The notes beneath the pieces were generated by a model. That model did no database searches. It was not told the DNA's origin and saw nothing but the letters and a program-made list of their open reading frames with translations. A DNA stretch of 64,000 nucleotides, taken from NCBI GenBank assembly GCA_043228905.1, contig JBHGNT010000015.1:10664001-10728000 (forward strand), read 5' to 3'. A program made the position numbers and the translations under genes. Of this stretch, positions 62,274 through 64,000 are shown one piece after another (the first letter of the stretch is position 1; each line of letters opens with the position of its first letter). The stretch is from Azolla caroliniana. Its lineage: Eukaryota; Plantae; Polypodiophyta.

Positions 62274-64000
62274 ACTTGTTAATAAGTTAGGGCTTAGTAT
62301 ATAAGCGAATACCTAACATTGTAATGAGTGACGATGACGAGCTGACGATTGTAACCTCTGAGAGAGAGAAACACGTTGTGCAGAAATAAGAAGCTTTACA
62401 TTAAAGCTTGCAATTGTGTAAGTCTATATCTGCCTTCTCTATCTTCTGTGTGTATGTTGTTCATAGCCATAAGATCCGAACACACACTTCCGCATAACTG
62501 TCAACATTAACCACAACTGGTATTAGAGCCGTGTTCTGCTGAGCAGCGGCAACAGATAACATAAGAAGAAGCTAAAAGAAAAGACCAGGTTAGAAACATC
62601 GAATCCACAGAAAGAATATGGCTTCAACATCCGGAATAGGAGTTGAAATTAGAAAGTTTGACGGCAAAAACTTTTCCCCTGTGGAAAGAGATGATGCAGG
62701 ATGTGTTGATTATCTGAAGACAGGTTGAAGCCATTCGGCATAACGAAAAGCCTGCTTCGATGACAGCAAAAGAGTAGAGATCAATGGACGAAATAACACG
62801 CTCCACCATCTGAATGCATCTGGCTGAAAATGTCTATTTCAGCATGGCAAAAGAGATGACAAAGTTCTCATTGTGGGAGAAATTACAGGCCGTATATAAG
62901 AAGAAGTCCTCATCTTCAAAACTTATCTTGATCAAACAATTATTCAACATGAAGATGAAAGAGACTGATCTTGCAACCTCCCACATCAACACCTTCAGCC
63001 GGGTGTTGTCAGAGCTCTCGTCCTAAGGGATCAACTTTGAAGAAGAAGTGAAAGCCCTTGCCCTCCTATCGAGCTTGCTAGCGAGTTGGGAGGTATTCTA
63101 TACGACATACGCCAATAGCCGATCGATCCTAAATCTGGACGAAACTACCGGCCAAGTCCTCACAGAGGCCATCAGGCAAAAATCGATGGGACTAACCATC
63201 GATGAGTCGGCAGAAGCCCATTACTCGACTGAGTCGAATGAAAGAACAATCCGACAGAACCGGTCGTCGCTACAACCGATTGAAAACAAGGGGTGACCGA
63301 CAACGATCGAAGTCAAGAACGGGCCGAATTAGTGAATACCGCACACACTACAGGAAAGCTGGCCAGAGTGTTTCCCACTATTGGTCAATAAAAAGAAAAG
63401 AGAATGGTCGGCGATCCAAGTAGAATCGGGGACGTTCCGACTCGGACCACTCTCCAATCGGCAACTAGATCAATGTTGTCGACACCCGATCCGGAGAAAT
63501 CCTCTCCCTAGAGGATTCAATGATCGGAGAAGTCCTCTACAATGCACAAATTGCACATACGTGGCTACTAGACTTTGGTGCCACATTTCACGTGACCCCC
63601 AACGTTGAATGGTTCTCGAACTATTCAGCTGACGCCTGCGGCACAATCCGACTTGGAAACGGGCAGGAGTGCAAGATAGCCGGAATTGGGAAGGAGTGCA
63701 ACACAATAACCATGCACCGAGTTCGGCACATACCCGATCTGAAGAGGAGTCTGGTCTCCATCGGCATGTTAGCCGAAGACGGGTATCGAACGATTCTACA
63801 CTAGTCGACATGGGTGATCAGCTAAGGAAAACTCAAAATCGGGAGTGGGCATAAGTATAATAATCTATACCCATTGATGGAGATGAACCTTGAAGGGGTC
63901 GTGAACGTAGCCGAGAAAACCGACCCGAACTTATGGCATGGCCAACTTGGCCACATGTCTCAAGCCGGACTTGATCAACTAATGACAGTCTGCTACATCC
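62274..64000 (+). mobile_element. Ty1/Copia element C (Tnt1/Tork-like, decayed): partial 5' LTR to 62515, PBS 62518-62530, gag-PR-start of INT region; runs off the window
   Basis: TGGTATTAGAGCC; MASTSGIGVEIRKFDGKNF; LWEKLQAVY..KSSSSKLILIKQLF; KALALLSSL; WLLDFGATFHVTP; VRHIPDLKRSLVS; NLWHGQLGHMS. Confidence 0.9.

Overview
Eukaryotic nuclear DNA from a plant. The retroelement types suggest a non-seed land plant such as a moss, but this is inference. The window has two halves. (1) Positions 1-~26.0 kb hold about 7.9 almost identical head-to-tail copies of a 3,301-bp unit. Each unit carries one intact U1 snRNA gene (+) and one U2 snRNA gene (-) in convergent orientation, so this is an rDNA-like, homogenised U1-U2 spliceosomal snRNA array. 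Both genes have plant USE (RTCCCACAT) + TATA promoters, but the two elements are only 22 bp apart, close to the spacing angiosperms use for Pol III genes. Both also share a CA-N6-9-ARTGATA 3' box. The short ORFs recurring every 3.3 kb in the ORF track are noise. (2) Positions ~27.5-64 kb are decayed, nested transposons: Gypsy remnants, a divergent two-gene DNA-transposon-like fragment (intron-containing ParB/Srx-like gene plus a Sola-like transposase N-terminus), an L1-like LINE fragment and a DUF4100-type Gypsy. There is also a nested set: a Copia (GCTTG target-site duplication) inside an RTEX-like LINE, which sits in the (CT)n tract of the 5' LTR of a related Copia, which abuts a third Copia. 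No intact host protein-coding gene was recognised.
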